Source: Octopus bimaculoides
Taxonomy: Eukaryota
Direction: 5' to 3'
DNA length: 40,977 bases
Assembly (NCBI RefSeq): GCF_001194135.2
Contig: NC_068984.1
Coordinates: 147,208,010-147,248,986 of the forward strand
Shown: one piece after another, positions 12,310-24,394 of the stretch
Position numbering within the stretch: position 1 is the first letter of the stretch
Layout of the letters: every line of letters begins with the position of its first letter
Notes under the pieces: model-generated
Databases searched by the model: none
What the model was told of the DNA's origin: nothing
Seen by the model: the letters and a program-made list of their open reading frames with translations, nothing else
Program-made: the position numbers and the translations under genes

Positions 12310-12625
12310 CGCTGATACTGATGAACTGAAAACCATTAAGATTCTTCTTGATTTACTGTAAGATGATGGCAGAAGAATATATGAACACGGAGGGCATTCC
12401 AGGGCGATAACATTATGGGGAAGAAGGATTGTGTTAATTTAGGGTGGGGAAGAAACACACCATGGCTGCTGAGAGAAACAGAAGTAGGAGGTAGGTTTGC
12501 AAAGGCAAATGTATAGGTGTCATGATACCAGTAAGATTCGAAGGGCTAGGTTCGATATAATAAACGTAGAAAAAGTGAGAAAGGAGTCAGCGCACGTTTA
12601 AGAGTCACGGGTTGATAGGTGGCGG
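12310..12625 (-). mobile_element. CR1/L2 (Jockey-group) LINE ORF2 C-terminus, degenerate
   Basis: Minus frames QPVTLKR.., HFFYVYYIEPSPSNLTGIMTP and TQSFFPIMLSPWNALRVHIF resemble the QPLSHRR..SLFYRYY...SELxxLVPP and NSFFPRTxxLWNxLPxxVFP motifs. Confidence 0.55.
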
Positions 12626-12651
12626 CTAATTCCTGCAAATTAGTCTCTGTC

Positions 12652-12715
12652 TGTTACTCTGTCTGTTTGTTACTCTGTCTGTTTGTTACTCTGTCTGTTT
12701 GTTACTCTGTCTGTC
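12652..12715 (+). repeat. Minisatellite, 4 x 16 bp (tgttactctgtctgtt)
   Basis: Read directly; the last unit ends in c. Confidence 0.95.
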
Positions 12716-12739
12716 TATCTATCTATAATTGTCAGAAAT

Positions 12740-12975
12740 TACAAAGAAAATTTTTATTCACGGCAAAGCAGGTGCTATTTTGGTAATGTCCACCTTCGGA
12801 GTATCCCTTCCAGAAGAATGTATAGTTCTCGCTAAGCACTTTGAGAGAATCTTCTTTAAGTAGTCTGGTCGCATCGAGTGCAGCAATATACAAGGCAACA
12901 CCTCAGTTCTTTGGCTGTGAAAGCTGTTTGCTGCTGGATTCGTTCGTCTGTCTACATAATCCAACTGACAAAGAG
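12740..12975 (-). mobile_element. RTE-clade LINE, N-terminal APE endonuclease fragment
   Basis: Minus translation FVSWIM*TDERIQQQTAFTAKELRCCL/DIAALDATRLLKEDSLKVLSENYTFFWKGYSEGGHYQNSTCFAVNKNFL matches the RTE pattern FAxWNVRT..RxxRRTAxVAxEL...IDIAALxETR....LxE..YTFFWKG.....GVGFA. Sequence up to about 13600 may be its 5' UTR (unverified). Confidence 0.8.
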
Positions 12976-13734
12976 CAATGGTGTTTTGTTTTATTTTTCT
13001 TCAATCATTAAATGGAATCGTCTGACAAATTCAATATTCTGTGCTGGAACTCAGCTGCATTGAATATCTAGGCGAATTTAGACACTTCCTCGAATGGGTT
13101 AACAGTGTGGTCCCAAGCAAGGTGTGTTTAATCACAAAAAGTATTTGCTGTGGTCAATCTCTAGCCAATTCCAGCTGCCAGCGATATTTACTCTCTATCA
13201 CCGATGTTCAGATCTCAGACTAAAAGCTTCCTTCAATTCCAGGCCTGCTCCCGCTTCCACAACCACCATCACCTCCAGTTCAAATATTTTAGGAATTCTA
13301 TTGTTAGTAATCTTGATATTGCACTAAAAGAGACATGCATAGTGACATCTTTCAGTGCCACTGGGAATTATGAGAGCCAGCACGACAGGTAAAACTCTAC
13401 ATAAGATCTCAACACGCAGCAGAACAATGATAGATAAATGCCAAGCCATAACATCCGGTTGGGCTTGCACACTCTGTCTTTGGGCACTGTTGCTGTATAG
13501 GGACCCCCTAAATGACACAGTTGTGACTGCAGGAAAAATAAACAAAAGAAAAGAAACAAAAGCTGAAAAGAACGTGAGAGAATGTCTTTTGGATAGAAAG
13601 GATGCGGGGAAGACTCATGAACCAGGCTTTATCTGGCTTTTTCTGGATTTCCCATTTCTAAACGTCAACAACAGGCTACTATAAGCAAAACTACTCCAGA
13701 TTCATTACAAAACTCATACGCATATATATATAGA

Positions 13735-13739
13735 CAGAC

Positions 13740-13808
<69 letters not shown>
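13735..13808 (+). repeat. (GATA)n microsatellite
   Basis: Read directly. Confidence 0.95.
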
Positions 13809-14196
13809 TACGCACAAATATAAAGAGATTACCAAGAGGAACCGACATCGTAACTCAGGAGTAGGAGGAGAAGGAGGAGAAGGAGGTGGAGGAATGGTAA
13901 AGTAACGACAGCAATTTCAACATCAGAGTGAAAGATTAAAGTGTGGAAAGAATGAAAGGAATCGACCAAGTGATGAGAAGTTCACATTTCACTCACATTT
14001 TGCATGGTAATTGTACTAAGAGAGAAGAGTAAATAGATAGCAGTGTTATAGCAGTGTTATACAAGTCAGTGTGGATGATCGCTTGTTTATTTGTGGGAAT
14101 CCGCATGCATGTGTGTGTGTGTGTGTGCGTGCATGTGTGCGTGCGTGCGTGTGTGCGTGCGCGTGTTTGTAGATGTTTGTGTATGCGTGTGGAGTA

Positions 14197-14270
14197 AGCC
14201 TGCGATGGACTGGCGTTCCATTCAGGGAGGAATGCCATGGAAATCGGGTAGTCGACTCTGTGAGTTCTAG
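14197..14270 (+). mobile_element. Short SINE remnant (cctgcgatggactggcgttccattcaggg)
   Basis: Motif resembles the central domain of V-type SINEs; short and isolated. Confidence 0.35.
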
Positions 14271-14572
14271 GACTGGAGACAGTAGTGCCCAGGGATTATC
14301 TCAATATTAGAATTGAAGAATGAGATACGACACAGTTGGTAGAAAATCGGAGAAGACATTTCTCGTGGTGGTGTTTAGCTGACTCTGGTTACGTTCTGAA
14401 TTGGAAATTTGCAAAGAAGCATTTTATCATTCATCAATACAAATATATAACCGAAGCAAATATATAACTGCTTATATCATTCTCCACCACAAACAGAAAC
14501 AAATGGCATTGTGCCCAAGTTCTAAGTCATTATCAGTATCAGGTCAGGAATCGTGCTTATTCATATTCTTAC

Positions 14573-14629
14573 ATCTGCAACTATAAGGTCTTTCAGTGTG
14601 GAATACAATCTCAGCCAGGAAGAACAAAT
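14573..14629 (-). CDS. Candidate symmetric exon (57 nt): ICSSWLRLYSTLKDLIVAD (phase 0) or xLFFLAEIVFHTERPYSCR (phase 1)
   Basis: Minus strand: about 40-nt pyrimidine tract, AAG acceptor, AT|GTAAGA donor, two open frames. No homology recognised. Confidence 0.22.
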
Positions 14630-15457
14630 CTTCATTTAAAGAAAAAGAAAAATAGAACAGAAAAGAGGGAAAGGAAAATGAACAATCACACCCAAACGCG
14701 CGTGGAGATATCCACGTATGTGCGTATGCATCCATGCACGCATGTATGTATGTATGTATGTATGTATGTATGTATGTGTGTATGTATGCATGTATGTATG
14801 TATGTGTGTATGTATGTAAGCGTGTGTGTGTGTATGTATGTATGCGTGCGTGTGTGTGTATGTATGCATGCGTGCGTGTGTGTGTGTGTATGTGTATAAA
14901 CAACTATTGATGATAAAAAAAAAACTGGGAGCGCCAACGAACTTTTCCTTCAACGAGGAGGGATTAAGTTACTTTTCTCACGAAACCTGACTATACAAAT
15001 CTTACATTAGTAAAGTTAGCGGATAGCTTTCAACGATCTGTCTGGTTAATTAAACCATTATCATGTACCCGGCCACCCTGTTTAGTTACAACCTATAGTT
15101 ATAACTAGCAGAAATTGAACAGTGGGGCTAAAAAGCTTCCTCGTTCCGCGTCTTTTATATCAAGATAAAATGTCCATTTAAACTGCTTTTAAGGGTTACT
15201 TTCCCATTGTCCCCTTGCGCCTACTCAGATACATGCAGAATGTAAACGACTCTACCCAAGCATGTGCGTGGGTGTAAAATATGGAATATATTTATTTTGG
15301 TCTGAGTCTTATGGGGTACTCCTTTAGTCGGTGAACACCATCCTATACTAGTCAATATTACACCTTTTCAAGTGGTGTATGAGATACATTTTAAACGGTG
15401 AGAATTTTCCAAAGAAATGCAACCCAGAGGAGATAGAATAGGTCAAAGTATACATAT

Positions 15458-15925
15458 ATCATCATCATCATCATCATAATCATCATCATCGTCATCATCA
15501 TCAACATCATCGTCATCATTGCTTTCACAGATTCTCGCCAACCAATTTTATATCATGAATTTCTATTTGAAGCTTGAGTCACAATGAATCTTTCGTTGGC
15601 GGACTGCACCACCATGGAGCCCTCCCCCACCCCATGGATGCATTGCAGTTATTCTTTTGACAGAGCTTCGTGATTCTATCCGTTGATCTTTTAGGATTCC
15701 TCCGCTCAGCATCAATATAAAAATGTCCGCGCTGGCTCAGTTGAGCTCTTTTGCTGCCACTTTATACTCCACTATGCTGCAGTCCCATGATTTTAATGCG
15801 TCCCTGGCTGAGTGGCTGAACAGGTGCTATGTCTTGCTAAAGGAAAGCCTACAACGATTCAGTGAGCAGTCATCGCTCCTCGACGGATTTTCAAAATATC
15901 CGCATAACGTGGAAACTAGCATACC
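15458..15925 (-). mobile_element. Probable RTE-type LINE 3' end with (GAT)n tail
   Basis: Minus strand ends in gcaatgatgacgatgatg; weak motifs RY..HVMRI and ARDALKSW; heavily degenerate. Confidence 0.35.
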
Positions 15926-15929
15926 GTAG

Positions 15930-15933
15930 TCTG

Positions 15934-15996
<63 letters not shown>

Positions 15997-16094
15997 CTCT
16001 GTCTGTCTGTCTGTCTGTCTGTCTTTCTGTCTTTCTGTCTGTCTGTCTGTCTGGCTGGCTGGCTAGCTGGCTGTCTGGCTGGATGGCTGTCTGG

Positions 16095-16131
<37 letters not shown>

Positions 16132-16132
16132 A
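15930..16132 (+). repeat. (CTAT)n/(CTGT)n/(CTGG)n tetranucleotide mosaic
   Basis: Read directly. Confidence 0.95.
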
Positions 16133-16300
16133 AGATGTATGATTCGGCCAGATGTAACTTAAATTTCGTAGACTTGTTACAGATTCTAGCTCATCGGGTT
16201 CAGGCAAACGAATGGCTCCGAGCTCATTTAATCAAAATGTTTAAACAATACAACTCCTACAAAATGTGTCTCTTTCTTTCGTTTGTCTACCTACTTATTC

Positions 16301-16386
16301 CAGGCTACATACGTTTCCTTGCTAACAAAACCTCGGAAGTGGTAATTACTCAACGAGGGGTACTCCACTAGCTACTCATCAGGCTG
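16301..16386 (-). ncRNA. Type I hammerhead ribozyme-like motif (probably PLE-derived, partly degenerate)
   Basis: Minus: CAGC-CUGAUGA-GUAGCUAG[...]UUAGCAAG-GAAAC-GUAU-GUA-GCCUG; both catalytic core strands and a GUA triplet are present; the stem II closing pair is G/G. Confidence 0.45.
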
Positions 16387-18599
16387 AAGATACCTTAGAT
16401 AAATGAAGGTCACATTGTCATCAAGGAGATCAACTTTTTACGTCAACAAACCACTGTTGTCCCTAAAAGTCGTTTTTTATACTTTCTACAGACTACTTGA
16501 AACTTACTAACTTTCTACATCTGGGTCCTGGGATCTTACAATTACATATCANNNNNNNNNNNNNNNNNNNNNNNNNNNNNNNNNNNNNNNNNNNNNNNNN
16601 NNNNNNNNNNNNNNNNNNNNNNNNNNNNNNNNNNNNNNNNNNNNNNNNNNNNNNNNNNNNNNNNNNNNNNNNNNNNNNNNNNNNNNNNNNNNNNNNNNNN
16701 NNNNNNNNNNNNNNNNNNNNNNNNNNNNNNNNNNNNNNTATATATATATATATATATATTGATAGAAAAGACAACAAAAGAAAGAGATCTCGATATTATG
16801 TAGAGGAATTTATCTGTAAATAATATGTGACAATTATTCGGTAGCCATGATAAAACTCCGAGTTTCGGGGGCCGGGGCGGAAACCCACGCCGCCACCTCT
16901 TCAGTTATCTGGCCATTCAGGACAGTTTTGTGACCACCTCGGGTAATTATATGCCGTGGAAAACGGATAACCAGCCTTATCACTTCTACGAGTAGTACAG
17001 TATTTACACCAATAATAAATCTATTTCCCTCTGTCTGTCTGTCTCTCTCTCTTTCTCTCATCGTTTATCATTTATGTAGCTTCCAATACAGTAGCGAATT
17101 CAGTATTCATAGTTTGGCTGTAAAACACTCAAACTACTTGTAAAAATCATATACCGTTCAATAAACACAATGGAATCGTTAGCTATATGTGCATAGAATG
17201 CATTGTCCTCGAAATCTTACAGCAACATGTAGTACATTACATTCAGGAAAATCTCTAAACCTGCTGCTAAAATTCAGCTTAAGCAATCAGATATCTTGCC
17301 CAATTGGTAGTAAGAGGCTCACAAGGAGACTAGTGTACCAAACTAAGCCATGGTCGAGAAACGACATTTATCAGATTCACAACAAATACGTTTATGTATA
17401 GAGGCAAAGAACATATCTATTCATTCAGAATTAGTAAATAGAAAAATATTTCATCTCAATACATATGAAGTTCGAATAAGTACGGAAATTGATAACATTT
17501 CAAGAAGATAATATATTTTTGAAACTGAAAATACATTACGTTAGCGGACAGAGAAGATAAAATCGTCTGCCTGGCATGGGAAATATAATATGTACGTGTA
17601 GCATTCTAAAATGACCGAGAAAAAAAAAGCAGATGAAAACTAGAAATTGAAGTATAAAAATATAAATCTTCCAAGTACAGATGGAATATAACTTTATTTA
17701 TAGCAGGCTTGTCTGTTAGTAAAACATTTATAGCAGCAACAACTATTAATAGATGAACTTTTACTCAAACTGCTACACCCAAGTAAAAACCTGGCCAACG
17801 CCATTAAGATGGACAAGAATATAGTTTTCGCCGCACCGACAGGAATATCAACACCGATTAAATAAATGCACAATCTCATCCCCCACCCATATATATATAT
17901 CTATAATATATGTATGTATGNNNNNNNNNNNNNNNNNNNNNNNNNNNNNNNNNNNNNNNNNNNNNNNNNNNNNNNNNNNNNNNNNNNNNNNNNNNNNNNN
18001 NNNNNNNNNNNNNNNNNNNNNNNNNNNNNNNNNNNNNNNNNNNNNNNNNNNNNNNNNNNNNNNNNNNNNNNNNNNNNNNNNNNNNNNNNNNNNNNNNNNN
18101 NNNNNNNNNNNNNNNNNNNNNNNNNNNNNNNNNNNNNNNNNNNNNNNNNNNNNNNNNNNNNNNNNNNNNNNNNNNNNNNNNNNNNNNNNNNNNNNNNNNN
18201 NNNNNNNNNNNNNNNNNNNNNNNNNNNNNNNNNNNNNNNNNNNNNNNNNNNNNNNNNNNNNNNNNNNNNNNNNNNNNNNNNNNNNNNNNNNNNNNNNNNN
18301 NNNNNNNNNNNNNNNNNNNNNNNNNNNNNNNNNNNNNNNNNNNNNNNNNNNNNNNNNNNNNNNNNNNNNNNNNNNNNNNNNNNNNNNNNNNNNNNNNNNN
18401 NNNNNNNNNNNNNNNNNNNNNNNNNNNNNNNNNNNNNNNNNNNNTGTGTGTGTGTGTGTGTGTGTGTGTGTGCATATTTTTATGAGTATCGTGTTTTATA
18501 TATTGTATAAAATTTTGTAATTTTTATGCTACATCCCCGAATTTATTTTATTCTCTTATCTCTATTTTATCTTCATCTTTCTATCTGTGATTTGGGTAT

Positions 18600-19995
18600 G
18601 TGGGGGTAGACCTCACGTAGCATAGCATCTGTGCTCTGCATAGCTGGAATGGGGTAGACAAGACTCCCTGAGCCGAAGCGAAGGCAGCCGATCTAGGAGA
18701 AAGAAATCTCTTATAAGAAAAACCAGCCGCGGAACTGAAATATCAAATTGGTGTCTGGCGCAGGATGAATTTACCTCATGGCTAGGGACGGCAGTCTCTC
18801 TTGTGATGGTGTCCCGTATGCAAAAATACCCGGATGTAGGGCTGGCGATCCACTTTTGTATCAGCTACCGAGAGAATTACCATGACGTCCACTTGCAGTG
18901 CCAGGGTTCGATCCCCTGCTTGTTCAGTTCCAAATTCTCACCTTGTTTCCCATGAAACGTATGACCAGCTACCTCTAAACTCTTTTAGAGCGGGGTAGAT
19001 GTGAAGAGGTAGATTTAGATGCAAGAACAACAAACAAATTTATGAAGTGCAAAAGCCCTGTTGTCTACAACACTTTTAACTCACAAACTCTATCAAAGAC
19101 AAACAGAAACAAGAACTTCTGCGTAAAGAAGAACAAAGTCGATATCTTGAGCATCCAAAAACACTGGCATCATCAGCCTGACACAGATTTGAAGTACACC
19201 ATCTTTGATAGATGCCAACTTATTACGACCTCTGCTATTAAAACTCCCAGGGCTCCACTATAGGCTGTGTTGGTATTCTCTTTTCTCGAAGAGCCTCAGG
19301 GAACTTGCTTTCTGTTGAGAAAATATCTGACCGCATAATTGCTGCCGAGATGAGTAGTAACCCTCAAACCACACTCATTGTGTGTTATCACCCAACTAAC
19401 ACAGGTGATGAGAAACTTCCAGGCGACTTCGGCTCCTATCTGAAGAGTCTTCTGCTCTGATCTGTCCCTTCCCACAACTTCCAGGTGATTTTAATGGCCA
19501 AATAGGGAGGGATGATTCTCTGTTCATCTATAACAAGGAGACTAACCGGAACGGGATAAAACTGATTGATTTTGCTCACGTGTTCTAAGTTCAAATTGCA
19601 AATACAAGGTTCTTGAAGCACCCAAAGCAGTTGTGGAGATTCCGACACCCATTTGGATCTTATTCACAAATTGACTACACGCTTGTGAGAAACAAGTAGA
19701 AGAACAGTGTCTGAAATGCACTGGCACTCTCCTCCTTCGCATCCATTGGCTCAGATCATAGAGTTGTTTCCATATACATTGTTCTCAGCCTTTGATCACC
19801 AAAACTGCCAGTCCCAAACCTCATAAAACAGGTGGACTGGTCCAAGGTTTCATCAGATAAAGACTTAGCACACTCATTTGCAATAGATGTTAAAAGCCGT
19901 TTTGAAATGCTCTCAGAACACACTGACGACATTGAAACACAATATAATAACCTCGTAACAGTTCATCACATCGACCCCCAACACACAACTGGTAC
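18600..19995 (+). mobile_element. RTE/RTE-X LINE, 5' portion: putative 5' UTR plus APE endonuclease pseudogene
   Basis: From ATG 19042 across frameshifts: TFNSQTL..KNKVDILSIQ.., STIGCVGILFS..EKISDRIIAAEMSSNPQTTLIVCYHPTN, GDFNGQIG..TNRNGIKLIDF..IANTRF..QIDYTLVRNK*KNSV..SIGSDHRVV..VDWSKV; the APE motifs GDFN, IDY and SDH are present. The 5' boundary is approximate. Confidence 0.9.
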
Positions 19996-20104
19996 TTATT
20001 TTATAGCCATATATGTGTGTGCGTGTGTGTGTGTGTGTATACATATGCATATATATGTATGTTTATGTATGTACATGTCTATATGTAATGCAGGTATGTC
20101 TTTG

Positions 20105-20320
20105 TGATCGTGTCTTCCTCGCTTGGTAACTAGCGTTGGGTTGTCTAGACTCCGTAAGTTAGCGGTTCGACAAAAGAGTACGATAGAATGGTAGCAGACT
20201 TAAAAGAAATATAAGTACTGGAGTCTATTATTTGTTTGACTAAAACCCTTTATCTCGCTGCTCCAGCATGGCCACAGTCTAGTGACCGACACAAGTATTA
20301 TCAAAGATAAAACATAGATA
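20105..20320 (+). mobile_element. SINE family A, 3' half
   Basis: ccgtaagttagcggttcgacaaaagagtacgatagaatggtagcagac...gctgctccagcatggccacagtc. Confidence 0.8.
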
Positions 20321-20940
20321 AAATCTATAAATAGTTTGAAAGACGAAGAGACTTGAAAATAAAGGAGAGATAAAAACGGGAGGAGGAGGGGGAGGAGGAG
20401 GAGGAGGAGGAGGAGGAGAATGTAGTCTTTATTGTGTCTTCTAAAGAAAGTTTGCTGTTGATATCAAAGATTGTGATAAGCAGAGTCATTAAAACAGAAT
20501 TTGAGATATCACATAAATATTTGAGTTAAAATAACAGCAACAACAATAATAATATGACCGACAGCAACAACGTCAGCAGCAGCAGCAGCAGCAGCAACAA
20601 TCTTTGCAGAAATCACCATTAATGATATAAGAGCAATGGAAATGAAAATATCAAAATGAAAGAGTAAGTCTGATAAGGGAGTCATGAACGGTTGTAGTTA
20701 AGTCGTCAATGGGATTGTATCCCGAGGGAACACTCATACAATATTCTGATGTAGACATAACACGGAAATGGCTGGGAATTCTGGGTATGAAACTAAGAGG
20801 ACGAGAAGGAAACAATAAAGTGAAGGTTAAAAGTCTGTAAACATCATATGCATAGACACATATACTTGTATATAAATACACACACACACACACACACATA
20901 TAATATTCTTTAACGAGAATAGTATTGACAATGACTTCGA

Positions 20941-21175
20941 AGTTTCGGTCAGTTAACCCATCATCAGCCAATCCGACGATGACTTAACATGCCAAGACAC
21001 ATAAGATAAGAGAGAAATCCCATAACCTTCAAACGGGCCCCGGACGCATTTCTGCGACACATTCCAGATGTGTCTCTGCTTGCAATAATTCTTAATTCTT
21101 GACGTGGATGAGGAGCTCCAATGGCCGAAGAATGATGGCAACAGGAAACGCCATTAAATGTCTTTTCCAAGCGGT
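20941..21175 (+). mobile_element. CR1-group LINE 3' end
   Basis: One frame from 20941: SFGQLTHHQPIRR*LNMPRHIR*ERNPITFKRAPDAFLRHIPDVSLLAIILNS*, resembling LFNxLPxxIR..FKRxLDxFLxxIPD..NSL. Confidence 0.55.
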
Positions 21176-21324
21176 GCTATTAAAACGGACTTGCTTCTCC
21201 TATTGGACTGTGGCCATGCTGGAGCACTGCTTCATCACGTCCATCGCATTAATTATATATTACAAGGCATTTTTTATTGACACTATCCAATTCTACCAAC
21301 TGTTACTCCGAAAGATGTTGATAA

Positions 21325-21470
21325 AGATGATGTCGAAGAGGACGGCAGCAACGATGATGATTCTGATGATGATAATGATCATGATGAGGATGATGATGAT
21401 GAGGATGATGATGATGATGATGAGGATGATGATGATGATGATGAGGATGATGATGATGAGGATGAAGATA
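21325..21470 (+). repeat. (GAT)n/(GAG) microsatellite
   Basis: Read directly. Confidence 0.93.
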
Positions 21471-21674
21471 AATGAATCCAGTCATTTTAGCTGCTCTTTT
21501 TCTTATAAAAACTTAAACTACGAAGGCAAATTTTGTCAAAGAACCCCTGACAGCATAAACTGGAGTTCTTGGGATCTTCTGACATTCGGTTCTGTCTGCT
21601 TCTCTCTGTNNNNNNNNNNCCCGCTCACCCACCCGCTCACCCACCCGCTCCCCCCACCTTTCTTTATGCATGGC

Positions 21675-22190
21675 TGTGTAGGTGCAGGATTAGTTGTATG
21701 GTTAAGAAGCTCACTTTGCGACCACGTGTTTTTAGGCTCAGCCCCACGGCGGGAGATTTGGGGCAAGTGCCTTATACTATAGCCTTGAGCCGAATAATGC
21801 CTTGCGAGTGTATTTGGTAGAGGGAAACTGAGTGGAAGCTATACACACACTCACACATACACACACGCACACACTCACACACGCACACATACTCACACAC
21901 ATACATACATGCATATACATTTATAAATATATGCATGTATGTATGTACGTATGTGTGTGTGTGTGTGTGTGTCTTCGTGATTATGTGTTTTCCCCACCGC
22001 CGTTTGGAAAACGATATTGGTTTGTTTATGTTTCTTAACGTAGCAGTTCGGTGTAAGGGTGACCGATAGAATAAGTACCAGACTAGATTTAAAACGTAGG
22101 AACTGGGCTAGATTTGTTTGACTAAACACTTCAAGGCGATTTATGGTCGTAGCCATAATCCAATAACTGAAACCTGTAAACGCTAAAAGA
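21675..22190 (+). mobile_element. SINE family A, full length with internal (CA)n/(TG)n
   Basis: tRNA-like head (gtatggttaagaagc..ggctcagcccca), ggggcaagtgccttatactatagcc, microsatellite, then the family A tail. Confidence 0.8.
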
Positions 22191-23034
22191 TCCTGCTTCG
22201 TCCGATGCCAACCTTTTGTTCATCATTTGCAAATCAGAACAACATGAAATTGGAAGCTTCCGAATCAGTCGCTTTCTCCTGTGCTACCATCTTATATTGA
22301 TACTGCTATGACGTGTACAGGTATTTAGCTATACGTTAAAAGCACATTAAAGAAAGAGAGAGAAAGAGTGAGAGAGATAGAGAGTGAGAGGGAGAGAGAG
22401 GGAGAGAGAGTGAGAGAGAGACCTGGAAATATTGGCAAAGGTTTTTGTGTTACATCAAGTCCAGTTTTATTTTAGATGGAGTTTATGAATAATGATGCAA
22501 ATTGAATAATGTATTGGAATTTTAAGTGAGAGTGAATTTGTGCAAGAAAACTGCTCTCTATTTCGCTCTAAATCAATTCTCCGCCTAAGAATGGTTTCCA
22601 TGTTCTTCCGTGCTTTTCTTTCATATAAAGTGACTCGATAGAGAGAGAATTAAAATAGCGGTGAGTTTTTTTTCCCCTCGTGGACCACCAAGCTAGTAGG
22701 AACACTTCAACGAAACACGCACAATGTCGGTGTTCACTCGATAAACTGCGCTGCCTCACACTTGATATTTATAGATAAGTAGTCTGGGTTATTGTGACTT
22801 AAGTAGCTTTGCTGTGAACGCGGTGCAATGTTGATGACAAGATACAAGTTTACAACACTTCAGCTAACTGGCCGATGCTCTATCATTTTGGCTACATGCC
22901 CACCCTGGTCGAATTATCTCTGGTGTCTGAATAACCGAGAACAATTTTTTTTTTATCTAATTCTAGCAATAAAATCTTTGCATTGGTCCCTTGTGGAACT
23001 GTATTAATTTACCGTTAATCTGGAAGAAGACATT

Positions 23035-23210
23035 GCAGTCAAATGGTTAAGAAATTTATTTCGCAATCGTGAGGTCTGGAGTTCGATCTCACAACATGGA
23101 ATCTGGGTCAAGCGGGGTTTTTCTCTTTTTTTTACCGTGCACGCGGACCAACCCCGATTTTTGTGATTAAAACTAGTTTGACAGAAACTGTATGGAGGTC
23201 TGTCGGACGA
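23035..23210 (+). mobile_element. SINE family A head (degenerate)
   Basis: aaatggttaagaaatttatttcgcaatcgtgaggtctggagttcgatctc (A-box and B-box-like)..gacagaaactgtatggagg. Confidence 0.6.
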
Positions 23211-23774
23211 ATTGTACCAGCAATTCAAACGTGCAGCCGCGTCACGCTGGGTAACCCTAATTTGTCATGGGATTTACGTTTGTTGAGTGTATAGTAGGCA
23301 GTAGGATTCTCAGCCAAATACATGCTAATTCAATGAGTAGGTAATTCAGTTAATCCTTGAACAGGATACTTATCGTCGAAATCGACGGAGATCCTTCTAC
23401 TCCGAAATCATTATATATACTACGTGTCACGCTCTCTGGCTGACCATTAATACAAAGGGAGATAACAAACACTTCACAATGCAAGGCGCGATTTATATAC
23501 CACTTTGTTTTTATGGGTTGGTTTGCAAGGGAGTTGCATCGCTTATTAACCCTGAAATTTTAGGTTCTGTGACGAAAGTTGAGAGAAAAAAAAAGGAGCT
23601 ATGATTCAGGCGTTTTTCTCAGAGCAGGAACCTGGAATTAACGCCTACAACCGAATGGAATGCACTAAAGACATCCTAGATGAAGGTGGTGACCCTTGAC
23701 CAGGCTACGGATTTCGTCTATCACCATGAACAAAACTATTTAGTTTGATGAGGTCCCACACAACTCTTACCTAC

Positions 23775-23921
23775 CCAGTTTCATTCAGAAGGATTAGGTA
23801 CCTGTTGCACACTCGAGCAAAATGCTTTGCAGTTGGGTCAGAGTGTAGACCACTCTGCGAAGCGAACTTCTTGACTACACGACAATGTTGTATCTTTTTG
23901 TTCCTTCCACGGTCAACATCT
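23775..23921 (-). CDS. Candidate symmetric exon (147 nt, phase 2-2): DVDRGRNKKIQHCRVVKKFASQSGLHSDPTAKHFARVCNRYLILLNET(G)
   Basis: Minus: ttcttaaAG acceptor (weak), GG|GTAGGT donor, a single open frame, GC above local background. No homology recognised. Confidence 0.22.
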
Positions 23922-24358
23922 CTTTAAGAATATATTTTTACAAAATCTATGTTGTTTTTCATATTAATTAAAAATCATCTCCTTAATGTTTTCCTTATGT
24001 GATGTCTTCACATTTTCTCTTCTTTTCAGAACTCTTCAAATTTATCTTAATAAAAAGAAAACAGGATATTTCTTCGTAAAACAATCCATTTTATCTTATA
24101 TATAATTACTCCATGTATATATATACATAAATTCTATAACGTACGCGACTAGTTACGAGGCTCTAATGAATAATTTTAAGTGAGTGTGAGGAGAAGAACA
24201 AGTAGAAGATTGACTAACGCTAATTGAAATTAGTCATACTGGAAGGCCTACAAATATGAGCAAGACTGATAATCTATCATATAGATATGACACTAATGAA
24301 TTAAGAGCTGTTGTTTTCGTTGCATTCAGACGATTTGAAGTCCATCCGATTACTAACG

Positions 24359-24394
<36 letters not shown>

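Noticed and set aside
12652-12715. CRISPR-like regular repeats here and at 39329
   Set aside because: No unique spacers; these are plain minisatellites in a eukaryotic context.
20660-20830. Protein-like frames on both strands (MGLYPEGTLIQYSDV.. and SVPSGYNPIDDL..)
   Set aside because: Splice signals are incomplete on either strand and no homology is recognised; cannot choose a frame.
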